From: Dimorphilus gyrociliatus
Taxonomy: Eukaryota; Animalia; Annelida
Direction: 5' to 3'
Length of the DNA stretch: 64,000 nt
Assembly (NCBI GenBank): GCA_904063045.1
Contig: CAJFCJ010000007.1
Coordinates: forward strand, 1,332,510-1,396,509
Each line of letters starts with the position of its first letter. The first letter of the stretch is position 1. Below the pieces are notes generated by a model. The model was not told the DNA's origin and did not search any database. It saw only the letters and a list, made by a program, of their open reading frames with translations. Shown here piece by piece: positions 41,857 to 54,385 of this stretch. Both the position numbers and the translations under genes were made by a program.

Positions 41857-44769
41857 TCATTTGGACCGACTGCAGACGTGATTATAGGCTTTAGCATGAG
41901 GCACATTATGTCCCTGAGTTCTGCATTCACTTCCGTACCAACAGTTTGGTCTTCTTGTTATATCGCCTATTTAAATATTCATATAGTTCATATAAAGTAA
42001 TAGATGACAACCGTTAAAATATTTAACAAACCATCTAATGCATTATGTGGTATTTTTAGGCGATATTCGTAAGCAAGCTGACGGAAAACTAGTAGACCAC
42101 ATTTGTAGCAGCAAGGCGAATCAGTTTTTATGGTTAGGCCATTCAAATGAAATGTGGTTCTTGACGCTTTTTTATTGGGGAGAGAGAAGATCATTTCAAT
42201 TTAAATATCGTTTATCTCAATTATTCTATCAATAAGATATACTTACGGCCGCATAAACTTCTGTTTAGAGTTAATACACCATTTCCAAGAATTTCCATTA
42301 ATTCCAACCATAGCTCTTCAACACTTTTATTCTCTTGTTCTAAATAATTTTTTAGTATGTTTGATTCAAATCCGTTATTTAATATGATTTTATCCAAAGC
42401 AGATGTTTGAAATTTTAAATCTTTCAACCTGCCTATACAACCGTTACAGCCTGCTTTCTTACATCCCCAATAGGCGTGGCAAAATGAATTATAACAAATA
42501 CTACCTATTGAAATCCGATAAAAGAGAGTATATTAGCATTATTAATAGACGATTATCATTGTTTCTAGCTTACAGGAAACAATAGGTTGAACGTCACTGC
42601 TTCGCTTAGGGAACAATTGCAAACAACATTGACACAGCGTGTGCACTTGGTCATTTGAACAAGAGAAGCTATCCTCTTCATCTTCATCACCTAATAAAAT
42701 ATTAAGTATATAATGTTTTACTTACAAATCATCTAATTATTATAATTTAAATCATTGAATATTCATAAATACTATTTAAGAGAACATGTATAGTTTATAT
42801 TAGCAAATTTTATATATATTTAGATTGTATATTTATGTACACCTGTATCTTTTAATTGTTCTTTCAGTAAGCTCTCGTCAATTGAAAATTCGGTAAGACT
42901 AGAGGCCAAGATTTTCAATCTTGTGCCAGAGTTCGGGTATTTACCTGTATATAATTTCATTCTTACTCTAAACTTATACAGTCTTTAAAGAAAAGCTAAA
43001 AAGAAACATAATATTTTATCAGCTTCTAAAGTTTACTTACTCTTAGAACAGCCAGGTACATCCATTAGGGAATCTGGTCTGGCTCCAGGGCACTGACGAC
43101 AACGGGAAGGTTTAAGTGCAGCGGGATAGTAACTAACACCGCTTGCTGCATGAGATTCTGGCAAAGCGTTGGTGTTGCTTGAAGAAGAAGAAGAACCCGA
43201 AGAATCTGGTGAAGCTGGTGATGGTACCTTCTCATCAGTCTGTTATTTATTTTAAGAGAGATTTTTCTTTTGAATTTGAACTAATGACTTATTTCAAAGC
43301 TTACGATAATTTTATCATTTCCAATTGTATTTAGACTATCTAAATGTTTCTTATCTTCATCACTTCTCTCCCGTTCTGTTGGAAAGTACGAAAATTATTT
43401 TTATAGAATTTACTCAACGGCTTTCCTCAGCAAATTTATTTAACGGTTGAAGAATCTTTTCTAACCTGGATGAGTTTTCAAGTACATTTCTATACAGTCT
43501 CTAAGAAAGTGAAAACGAGACGCTCGATTTATTGTTACTCTACATTGGGGACAAGTATTATTTCTCTCCAACCATAGACTTATACAACCTCCGCAGAAGA
43601 CGTGTAAACAAGGCATCACACTGCAAGTGTCACAAACACAATAAATATACAGTTTGATTTGAAATTTTTACAAGATTACCTTACACAATCGTATAATAAT
43701 TCTTGACATATAATACAACTCATAATATCCTCATCATTCTAAAAATTTACAAAGATGAAACGTTATTTTTAACTATATAAGTTGAATAAAAGCTAAAATA
43801 TTTAGGGTAATTTCACTTTTATATGCTGTATAGTCTTTTAGTCTGACATGAAATACTTTAAGAACAATGAGCTTACTTTGACTGTACTCTCTTTTACAGA
43901 TGAAGTCTGTTTTTCAATTTTACACGTACGCTTTTTTTCGTCTTTTCTGTCATCTGTAAAGTAACAAGTTATTTTTTTCCTTGGCCAAAGGGTAGTAAAA
44001 TACTAAAATTACCTTCGAAGCCAGTTTGACACTCAGCTTCATCAACGTTTTCAATCTTTTCGTTTATTTCTGCTGATGCTATGAAATACGATACGAAAGC
44101 CGTTTGTTAAAAATATCCAGGAAAATTACTTTATCTTACTTTTGTCATTATCTTTCACAACAATAATTTTATCCTTTTCTTCTGAAAGATCTTCGGCTTT
44201 GTCCAACTTCAGCTTTTTAGAGTGAGCGCTTTCACCTTCATTTTTCTCTTCCTCTTGCCCTTCGCCCACTTTAAAAGGACTATCTAAAGTACTGCTTCCC
44301 CTTTTTAAATTTTCATTTGGGAGGCGAACAACGAACGAAATCGATGCATTCATGGATATAACGTCTCCATTTTTCAATTCTATTGTCTCATCATGAGCTA
44401 ATCTCTTTCTGTTAACGAATGTTCCATTCCGACTGCAAAGCAGAAGAATTTTTCTAAAACTTGTTGCTTAAAAAATTGTATACAATATCTAGTTTCCTTT
44501 TAATATTCAATACCTCTTATCTGTTATGATGTATTTATTTTCCTTTTTCTTCAGTATGAACTGAACCCTTGACACAAACTTCACATTAGAGGGGAAAGCA
44601 TAACTATTATCTATAAGTGGACAAAATATGAACAAAGTAGTATTAAACTTTAAAAAAATGCCAATTTACTCTCTGATCGTCCTATGCTGAATTCATTTGT
44701 TGATAAGTCAACATCAATCGTATGACTTAAGTCCACGCCATTTATTGTACCTTTCAGCTGCAGTTCCAT
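41857..44769 (-). CDS. CHFR: E3 ubiquitin ligase CHFR (FHA-RING-Cys-rich-PBZ)
   Basis: FHA (FSIGRS...SRNGTFVN), RING CIICQELLYDC...PCLHVFCGGC...CPQCR, Cys-rich region TLCQCCLQLFP / FCHAYWGC / ESNILKNYL, and terminal PBZ RPNCWYGSECRTQ...HAKAYNHVC with stop at 41857. Confidence 0.93.
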
Positions 44770-45371
44770 GATGGTTTATGAACTAACTTCACTGATTGAA
44801 TAGTCAGCATAAAAATGAGAAATTTCGCAACTTGCTCGGACTTGACCAGAAAAATTTGGAAACATACAGCTTAGTATGAAGTAATAAACAGAGCTCCGGT
44901 TTATTTATAAAATCCATTTTTATCTTTGGAATTAGTAACCCAACAACCAGTTATTATTCCCGCTCGAATTCAAATATAGAGATCATGGTATATTCATATC
45001 AAGAAATTTATTTACAATTAAGAGTGGCAGTAGACAAACATCAATAATAAATATGCTTCTCATTGCATTCATCTCTCGCCCTGTTTCTTTTCAAGAGCAT
45101 TTATTTACATTTCGTTTGTCAGTTATCTTTGTCCCAGTTTAGACGTGTTTATATCACGTTTTTCACCAAGAAACTCCCTCTCTTTATTCTCAGAGTAAAT
45201 ATTAAAAAAAAATAAAGGTACAACCTTAAGATGTCTCTAGTTAATTAAAAAAAGTAACACTTTATTAATAAACAATACTCATATATTAATAGTTTATTTG
45301 TTATAAAAAAGAAATAAAAGCATAAAAACTGAATTTTAAAAACCATAGTTAAAACTACAGTACAAAAAAAA

Positions 45372-47908
45372 TTAACTAAAAATAAATTTCATAATCAAAA
45401 GACATAACAATGCAACGATTGAGTTTAAGTGAAATGTAGAAGAGGAAGCTGTAACACAATCAATTTCTTGAAGGCGTTCCATAGCTCGTACAAAAGCTGG
45501 TTTGAGATAGTCTTTATAATTTTGTCTCTCCGGTGGTACTAAAGCTAATCTAACAGTTGAATCTTCAAACATTAAATCTTTGTGATCAAGGAAGGAATCA
45601 AACATTTGAAAATCCTTATTTCTGTTTGGAAAATATTTTATCAACTTTATTATATAAAATACAATCTATTAAAAAAACTTACTCGTCACTAGCGAAAAAT
45701 TGCTGAGCATAGTTAAGTAGAGTCCAATAGATTTCCCTTTGTTTCGTAGTTTTAAAGGAAGCTGTAACAACGGCTGATGCTGGAATTTCTGTAAGATGGC
45801 AATCTTTCCAATTATCGATCGGTTTTCTTGTTCCTGAGTAAAGAAATAAAATTGTGAGATATTTTTGAAAAACTCGATAAAAGAATTCTATATACCATCT
45901 TTACATAAAAGTTCGTAGTCGTCCGATCTTCTATTTCTCGCCCATTCTGCTCTATTTCGTCCGTCTGTGTTCTCTCTAACAGTTGTATGCTTTATAAAAG
46001 CAACGTCTCCACCGAATTCGGTAAGACATCGAAAAGCCCCTGAGTTTCCGTAATATAATTCTCGATCATTTCTCAAGCATCTATCAAGACCACCGCTGGC
46101 ACATGCCTCGCACAGATTTATAGGATTCGTATTATCCGTGTTATATTGGCTATTTAAGACTCCCGGAGCGCAACTTTTTGAGAAGAATTCACCCATCGCC
46201 CTATACGCGTTACACTCTTCTACACGTATTTGACCGGTTTCAACTAATGTATCAATAGGAGATACCCAGCCAGCCGCAGTGTAGACAGCAGCATGGCAAG
46301 CTCGTCTTCCTTTCAAATTAAAAATCGTTAGATATGAACCTATTTTTCTAGCAACAGCAACAGCGTAATAAGGTGCTTCTTCGTAACCACTGTAATCTTC
46401 TCTAGCTATTGGTACAAGGCCATAGTATTTTCCCCCAACGTAAATATCCGCAGGATCGAGAGACATAAGATCAGCGTCGCCATCTCTCAGCTTGGCCATA
46501 CAATCTCTTCCATTCTCACCTAAGATGCAGTTAAAGTCAGGCTTTAAATTTTTCGCTGATAGGGCCATGATCATGCTTTCACATTTCTTCATCTCGAACG
46601 GCGAAATAACGCACCATCTTGTCTGCTTTACCGGGCAATCATTCAATCTCAAAAGAATATTTCTGTAATCTTTTCCAACCCAAGTATAATAAGAATCTTT
46701 ATCTTTGACATCTTCCAAAAGTTTTGTCTCATCCGAAAACAATAAATCTCTTCCTCCGTAAGTTCTGGATTCGAACAATTCAAATAAATTTTCATTTGCT
46801 CCATTTGGTTTGAAATCATCCGAGAGAGTTTGCAACAACTTTTTATACTCATTCCTCGTATCGGCGTCATTCACGGCTGATGTCATAACAATATGGGATT
46901 TAACAGTACCCCAATTACAATTTTCAAATTCATTCCAGCTTTTTCTTCCCTCTCCAACGCATAATAATTCAAAATCATTGGAGCTTGTCCCGTTACCAGT
47001 AGCCATAGTAATTGTTGTGTCTCTTACAAACGCGACATCTCCTCTTTTACTTGACATGCATTCGAATGCTCCATGGTAATTAGCGTACTTGTCATTGTCT
47101 GTACAATATGTTACTTTATTGCTTTCGTCGCAATTCTTACAAATAGATACAGGATTATTTCCAAACGGATTGTAAAATTTTGCAAGACCATTCGGTGCGC
47201 ACATTGGTCCAAAGAAGGCAGCTGCGGACTTAACAGGAACATTACATTCTTTAATTTCGAATTCAGAGTTAGTATCTTGTATCAAAGTTGAAATTGGGTG
47301 AACCCAGCCAACGGCATGCCCAACTCCCGGAGAGCATGCTTTTTTTCCCTTCAGAGTCTTGTACGTTATATCAGAATTGTCCTTTCGAACAACAGCTACA
47401 ACTTTTGATTCTCTTCCTTTCGGATCACCAGACGAATCGTAATTTTCGTTCATGAGTGGCATCATAGAAAAATATTCTCCAGCAGTGTAGCCCATTCCTT
47501 TCAAATAAATAAATTTGGATCAGATAGAGAGATCCCTAACAATTAAGATATTTGATATATACCTGCATCAAGAGTTACAAGATCAGCGTCATTCTGCCCG
47601 ATCATACTCATACAATCGAAGGATGTTGTCCCCCTAATACACTCCAGTTTTGGTAGTTTTGCATACTTGTCAACCAATGGGGCTCTGCTGATCACTTGAA
47701 CTAATTTATTACATTTTGCCTCTTCGGCATCACTTTTTACACACCATCTTGCCTCTATTTAAAAGGTATTATTTATAAGTTGTGAGATACTATTACTATT
47801 GAGTTTTAAATGAATTATAATTTTACTCTTACCTTTCCGTAAATCTACTACCTCACCATATAGAGAAGAGATTATCACAATAAGTAAAATTAATATATAT
47901 TTGTGCAT
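45372..47908 (-). CDS. Melanotransferrin-like bilobal transferrin with GPI-anchor signal
   Basis: Signal peptide from ATG 47908 and two transferrin lobes (ARWCV, TLDAG, GAFECM...GDVAFV; TRWCVIS, SLDPAD, YYAVAVARK, GAFRCL...GDVAFIKH). Hydrophobic C-terminus SIVALLCLLIMKFIFS. Confidence 0.9.
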
Positions 47909-48184
47909 TTTTCGTATCAAATTAAATTACATCTAACATATCCAAAATATCAGGTGAGATAATGAAATCTGTACCTGTCTGTAGTTTAAGATTGCAATCG
48001 TAAATAGTTTTTGGCTGCGACCTTCAAAAGTTTATGATTGCAATCTTAAACTGCAGACATCTACCAGTTTTCTTTTTAAAGTCTATATGATAAACAACTT
48101 TTTCGAATCGTTTTTGCCGGACAATCATTGAAAAATTATCTGGGAATTTTAAATTATTAAGCTATTTTTCTTCGTGAAAGGGAA

Positions 48185-48490
48185 ATGGATGATGAATATA
48201 AAGCAGCATTAAGAAGCTGTTGGGTAATTCTGATAAATAATCTTACAGTTACAACGGAACTTATAGGCTATTTTTATGAAAGTGGAGATTTTACCGTTAC
48301 TAATTTAGAAGAAATAATGAATGAAACTATATCAGCTAAACGAAATTCACTCTTTCTTCATAAGTTACAAATTCGCCCTAATTCAGCTTGGGAGGTTTTC
48401 CAAACTGCTTTAAAAGAAACTTGTCAAGAGCATTTAGCAGAAATGGTGCAAAAAAAGAGCCAGGAAATAAGAGCCACAAAAAGTTATTAA
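48185..48490 (+). CDS. CARD-only death-fold protein (101 aa)
   Basis: ATG in a good context (aaATGg). Six-helix CARD-like pattern ALRSCWVILINNL...LEEI...KRNSLFLHKL...AWEVFQTALKETCQEHLAEMV, with no other domain. Confidence 0.65.
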   Translation: MDDEYKAALRSCWVILINNLTVTTELIGYFYESGDFTVTNLEEIMNETISAKRNSLFLHKLQIRPNSAWEVFQTALKETCQEHLAEMVQKKSQEIRATKSY

Positions 48491-48766
48491 AGCTATAGTT
48501 CCATAGTCATCATAAATATGTGCTTTATAATTATTTATTTGTTGCCATTGCCTACAACCATTTGATCCATCGATGGAATACATGTTTGACATTAAATACA
48601 ATACTGCAATATTACAATTTATTTATGAAAGTAGCACCTGAAAGAGACTTTTAGAATATAATTCCTAGATTCGGTGATTTGTTTGTACATTAAAGTGCTA
48701 GATATAGGTTTTGTCAAAACCAGGTGCTGGTTTGGCAAAATAGGACAGCTCAGTCATTCTACAGAC

Positions 48767-50104
48767 ATGGCGTTATCAAGGCAATCAAACACTCTATATC
48801 TTGGTTGCAGACGTCTTTTTGCGGCATCCTTTATTACCAAAAAGACGTCAAGAAATACATCAACCTTTTCATATGTTCCAGACAATGTGCCAAGTAGTTA
48901 TGGTATGTAAAATCTTATTTACTTTTCAAATACTTTAATTATCGCTCATGATGTCAAGGACGGCTTTATAAACTAAAAATTATGTTATGATATAGGTGAA
49001 ACAACTAGAATGAATTTATTCGAATCAATCACCTCAGCACTGGACTGTGCACTAAAACGAGATCCTAGTGCTTGTGTGTTCGGCGAAGATGTCGGCTTTG
49101 GGGGTGTTTTCCGATGTACTGTTGGATTACAAGAAAAATATGGAGCTGATCGAGTGTTCAATACGCCACTTAGTGAACAAGGAATAGCTGGCTTTGCAAT
49201 TGGATTAGCTGTTGCTGGTGCAACTCCAATAGCAGAAATGCAGTTTGCAGATTATATCTTTCCCGCTTTTGATCAAATTGTTAATGAAGCCGCTAAATTT
49301 CGCTACCGATCAGGAAATTTGTTCGACTGCGGTAAGCTAACAATCAGAGCACCGTGTGGTGCCGTCGGTCATGGAGCTCTGTACCATTCCCAAAGCCCGG
49401 AAGCTTATTTTGCACATACTCCCGGTTTAAAAGTGGTCATACCAAGAGGGCCTTTTAACGCTAAAGGCTTATTGACAGCATGCATCAATGACCCAAATCC
49501 ATGTATTTTTTTTGAACCAAAAATCCTGTATAGATCTGCAATCGAAGAAGTGCCAGTAGGCGATTATAGTCTTCCTCTATCTCAAGCTGAGGTTTTAGTG
49601 GAAGGCTCTGATATAACTCTTGTTGGTTGGGGCACTCAAGTGCACGTTCTGAGAGAAGTCGTAAAGTTAGCTCAAGAGAAACTAAAAGTTAATTGCGAAT
49701 TAATTGATTTGAGAACAATTCTACCCTGGGACGAAGAAACAATAGCTAAATCTGTTGCTAAAACAGGTAGACTTCTTATAGCTCACGAAGCTCCCTTAAC
49801 AGGAGGTTTTGGAGCGGAAATTGCTGCTTCAATTCAAGTAAGTCTTATAACTCGTGCATATTATTAAGCGTCGTATGAAATGTATAGTTACAATCAATAG
49901 TAATAATAATTATCATATATACTGTATATTAATAAGATATTCTAATATTAACAGCAACAATGTTTCTTACATTTGGAAGCTCCTATCTTAAGGATTACCG
50001 GTTACGATACACCTTTCCCTCATATTTTTGAACCATTTTACATGCCGGATATATGGAGGTGCTTAGAAGGAGTTAAAAGTTTAATTAATTATAATTTCAA
50101 ATAA
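48767..50104 (+). CDS. BCKDHB: 2-oxoisovalerate dehydrogenase E1 beta subunit, mitochondrial
   Basis: Exons 48767-48902 (targeting peptide), 48996-49837 and 49955-50104. Motifs [50 protein letters not shown] and [12 protein letters not shown]. Confidence 0.96.
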
Positions 50105-50308
50105 ATTAGCGTCCTCTTTGAATTGAATGTGAAAGTGTTACTTCTGAATGGTTCGGAAAATTTTCAATAATAACTTGAAATATAGAAAGAATATAGAAAG
50201 AATGTTTTTCATGAAATATTATTATCGTTTTAAAAAGTTTTAACTTTAAATACCAACAAACATCTTTACTGAGAGTATCAATTGAGGTTTTGAATAACTC
50301 TTTTTGAA

Positions 50309-53300
50309 TCATGTATCGTCGTAATAATTTGCTTGAGGATCATAACCAGACGCGTGACCGTACTGCAAGATTGGAGACCTTTCCCTTACAATATTCATGG
50401 TATATTCTGTAAGATGAGGCGTTTGCAGACGTGTCGATCTACATGTTTTCTCTTGAAATAGATCCAGTTTTCTCAAAACAGTACTTGAAGGTTTTGTTCT
50501 TTGCGTCGACTCTTTATCTCCTTCACATGTACTTGGATCGTCTTCTCCACTATCATTCCAACTACCTTCTCTTTCATACTCTGCTATAGATTTTTCCTCT
50601 TCTTTTGTAATAGGAATAGGTTTATATTGATTTTTAATTTTGGTACAGTTTTTAGTTTTAATGGAACATAATATAAAAAGTAAAATAATCATGAATAAGA
50701 TCAAAGTTCCAACAAGTAGAAAAGCAGTCTTATTTGCTATAACAAAATATTCCTCTTTGTCTTTAGCGCCCAATAGCTTTGATTTTAAAAAAAGTAACGA
50801 TTCTTTACAATAAGGTTTTCTGTAACCTCTTTTACAACCTGCAGGACAATTTCCTGTTCTATGATCGCAAGCGGAATAGGCACACTTTCCACAAATATTT
50901 TGACAATCTTTTCCATATTTTCCAATTGGACATTTATCGAAACAAAATTCTCCATAGTATCCTTGAGAACAGCCTGTCTCACATTTGCCTGTGAAACGAT
51001 TACAACTTGATATATTTGAACAGTAGCCACACGCTAATTCGCAATTTATTCCATAAGATCCTATAGAACATGGCGTCCTGCAAAATCTACCTTTCCAGCC
51101 TGGCTGACAATTATTTGAACATTGTTTCGTTGAACACGATCCTTCACCTAGACAGTGACCACAAATTTCTTGCGAAACATTACAATAGTCGCCTGCAAAT
51201 CCAGTCCAGCATTTTCCAAGACATTTTCCATCGAAAATACTACAGGTATTTGGAAGGCAACGACCGCAATTTTGTTGACAATCTTTACCAAAATAACCAT
51301 CGGAGCAGCGTTCGTTGCACAATTGCCCTTTAAAACCTAAAAGACAGAGAGCGATTGGTAACAAACTGGATGATGAGGAACATTTCCATACCTGTTTTGC
51401 AACCATTTAGACACTTTCCACTATCATTGTCGCACGGTTTATTGCCGTCACAATGTCCACATTTTCTGCTACAATCTATACCCCATTTTCCTTTACAGTC
51501 TAATATAGCCGCGTTCTCTTTCGGATAATAGACACTCTCTGCGGTTGTAGTAGCTGGGATCGTTATACAATATCCACTGTGCTTCGAGCACGTTTTAAAT
51601 TTACAATTGGCGGCGCATTTGTATTCACATGCAAGTCCAAAGTAACCTCTTTTGCATTTTTCGCAAGTACCAGTTTTTTGATTACAAATACAAGTTAGTT
51701 TACAAATTTTATTACAGTTTTTCCCCCAACGTTGATGAGTGCAGGCTTGACATTTACCGGTTTTAGAGTTGCATTTCCTAACAAGAATAGAACGATGAAA
51801 AATATAAATAAAGATCACTTTACAAATGGAGATGGCTAGTGTATACTTGCAGTAGGGATGACATCGAGTCTCGCATGTTTTACCCCAAAAACCTTGTCTG
51901 CAAGTTGATTGGCTATCATTTAATTTACTTCTTTTTTCATCGACTTTACACAATCCGGTTGAAGAATCACAACCATAGCGACAAACACTTTTGCATTCAT
52001 ATTCGCAATTTGGTCCGTAATAGCCGATTAAACATGTTTGATTGCAATAAGGTCCCTGGAAGCCTACGGCACAACGATTTCCAGGACAATAGCCAGATTT
52101 CGAATCACAAATAGCTTCTCCGTCACAGTGACCACACTTATTTAGGCATGCTGAGCCCCAATAATTAGGCTGACAAACTATATCCGAAGCAGGTTGTTTA
52201 CAATAAACTCCTGAAAAGAGTCACCAATGAGGGCACGATTTGAAACATTTGGTTTGTTCTATTTATGTTGTTAGTTACCGACATATCCCGGTTGACAGAG
52301 TTCATTTGGACATTGTCCATTGTCAGGGTAACAAATTTTACCCTCAGCACATTTGTGATCCTTACACGATTTCTCTACAATATTTAAAAGAGGTAATTTA
52401 TAAAATGCACGCTAAGTACATATACTGCATTAACTGCATTCCAAGCCCCATGACCCCGGGTCACAAGTTCTGTTACAAGACGGAGTCAAATATCCTGATT
52501 TGCATCCCTCAAGACATGCTTTCGAGTAAATATCGCAAGAATCGGTTAATTTTCTATTTGAAATGTTTTTTAAATTTAAACCGTAATCTCTATAGAAAGG
52601 TAAAAAAACATTAGACTAACATTGGACTGCAATTCGGACTGCATTGGCATAAAGTTGAATTAAAACCGTCTGCGCAATCTTCAATTTTTAGCCTAAAAGC
52701 AGCAACCTAAGAAAATCGGTTAAACATATCTTTGAAAACATATTTTCAAATGTAAGTTTGTCTGCACTAAGGGAATTATTAATAAATTTCTAACTTATCC
52801 ATTTGGAAGGTAATAAATTTTTTAACGATAAAAAAAAAGCTCTAATCACGTGACTCTTCAAATAAATAGTTACCATATGATTTCTCTCCGGTCCAAAAAT
52901 CTTAACGAGTATACCTGCTCCCTTTGTTTTTGTATACACAGTTTGAACATCGTTTTTAAAATGACCGAATTCAAGAGAGAATTCATCTTGATATCTTTCA
53001 GTCTTTGGAAGCCACGAAACGAAACCATCTTCTCCGTACGAATAAGGTTCGTATAAATTTGACAAACTATCCTTAGATTGATGCGGATCTAAAATAAATT
53101 AGTATTTTCGAAAAACAATAAAAGCTTTTAATGGAATAAAAGGAGACAAACTAAAAGAAAGAGGTAGGGTATTTTTGTCAAAAGCTACAAGATTATTCCT
53201 ATGTAATACTTCTATTCTATAATTTTGTAGGGGATAAACTCCTTTCATCTATCGAAAATGATATTCATCAGAGATGCGTGTTTGTTTTATTTTAGTTTGT

Positions 53301-54180
53301 TTTAAGACAAATTAATTAATTTTCTATAATTACTTGTATCGTTACCGAAGAATATTTCCCTTTATTTACGATATTCACTCTGGGAGTCTTACGAGGCTTG
53401 CCTGTAAAGATATAGAGAAATGTATTAACCAAGGCTTTTTCTATATAATTTACAAATAATTGTTTCTATTGAAGAAATAGAAAAAAGAAAGTTACTAGCA
53501 ACAATAACTGTTGGTCCTCTTCTTATCATGGGAAATAGGTTTGGGCAATTTGAACTTTTCGCCATCTTAACTGATATGCTTATTGTACCAGAACAGACAG
53601 GTTGATAGTTAATTAAGGTAAAGTTGGCTTTTCGGCAACCTAGATATTTAGCGTCTTCTTTCGAACTTCCGCATATAGTTTTGTTTATATTCTGCATTTT
53701 TAAATAGTTTATATCCGAATCAGTTAAATAGGAAAGTTTGGCTTTGTTCCAGCATTTTAAAGCCAATTTTTGATTTTCTTTCGCCGCACCGTCCAGGATT
53801 TTTAGCCGAGACCGGAAAGTAGTGCACTTAGACGCTCTTAGATAGATGGTTATGAAGAAATTTAGTTCTTTAGTAACAGTTATGGAACGACTCGAATCGA
53901 TTGGACTGTTTGAGTTGTATGCTATAAACTCAATTCTATCTTTAGATAGTCTTTTATCATTTCCTCTTGGTTGTAGGACATTTTTAATTGATTTTATATG
54001 TCGCCTGTTAGTCTTATTAATCCATATATAATCCCTTGATACTAGTGAATTCTTTACATCTGATTTATGCTTGTAGAAAGCATCTTTCCACTCACTCTTC
54101 TCCATTAGACAGAATCTATGAAAGAGCACTATTCTAATAAATACACCACAGAGTACATTGATAAAGTTCAACGAAATCAT
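50309..54180 (-). CDS. MEGF10/Draper/SCARF-like multi-EGF single-pass receptor with an unrecognised N-terminal region (5-prime model uncertain)
   Basis: Repeated CxxxCGHC...CxxxxGxC..GC..GWxGxxC modules across exons ~52700-50800, TM AFLLVGTLILFMIILLFILC, and a Tyr-rich tail. The 251-aa ORF 54180-53425 and the 53065-52790 exon are joined on inferred splice sites. Confidence 0.6.
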
Positions 54181-54385
54181 CCGAATTCTTATTTGTTTAT
54201 TTACTTTTTTTTTGTTTATATTTAAAAAAAACTTTAAAAAATGTTTAAGTTAAAAACTATATACAAAATATAAATACGATATATTGTATATTTTTAGAAA
54301 ATGAAGGGGAGGGCGGGGGGTGGAGAGAAAGAGAAAATGGGAGAAGGGAGTAGAGAATCGATAAAGATCGTTATTCTCGGTAGGC

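Noticed and set aside
42950-43040. Apparent frameshift or in-frame stops in the CHFR linker (possible pseudogene)
   Set aside because: A single ~96-nt GT-AG phase-1 intron restores the frame, and all downstream domains are intact.
45000-48180. Iron-responsive element in the melanotransferrin UTRs
   Set aside because: No CAGUGN-loop hairpin was seen by eye in either flank.
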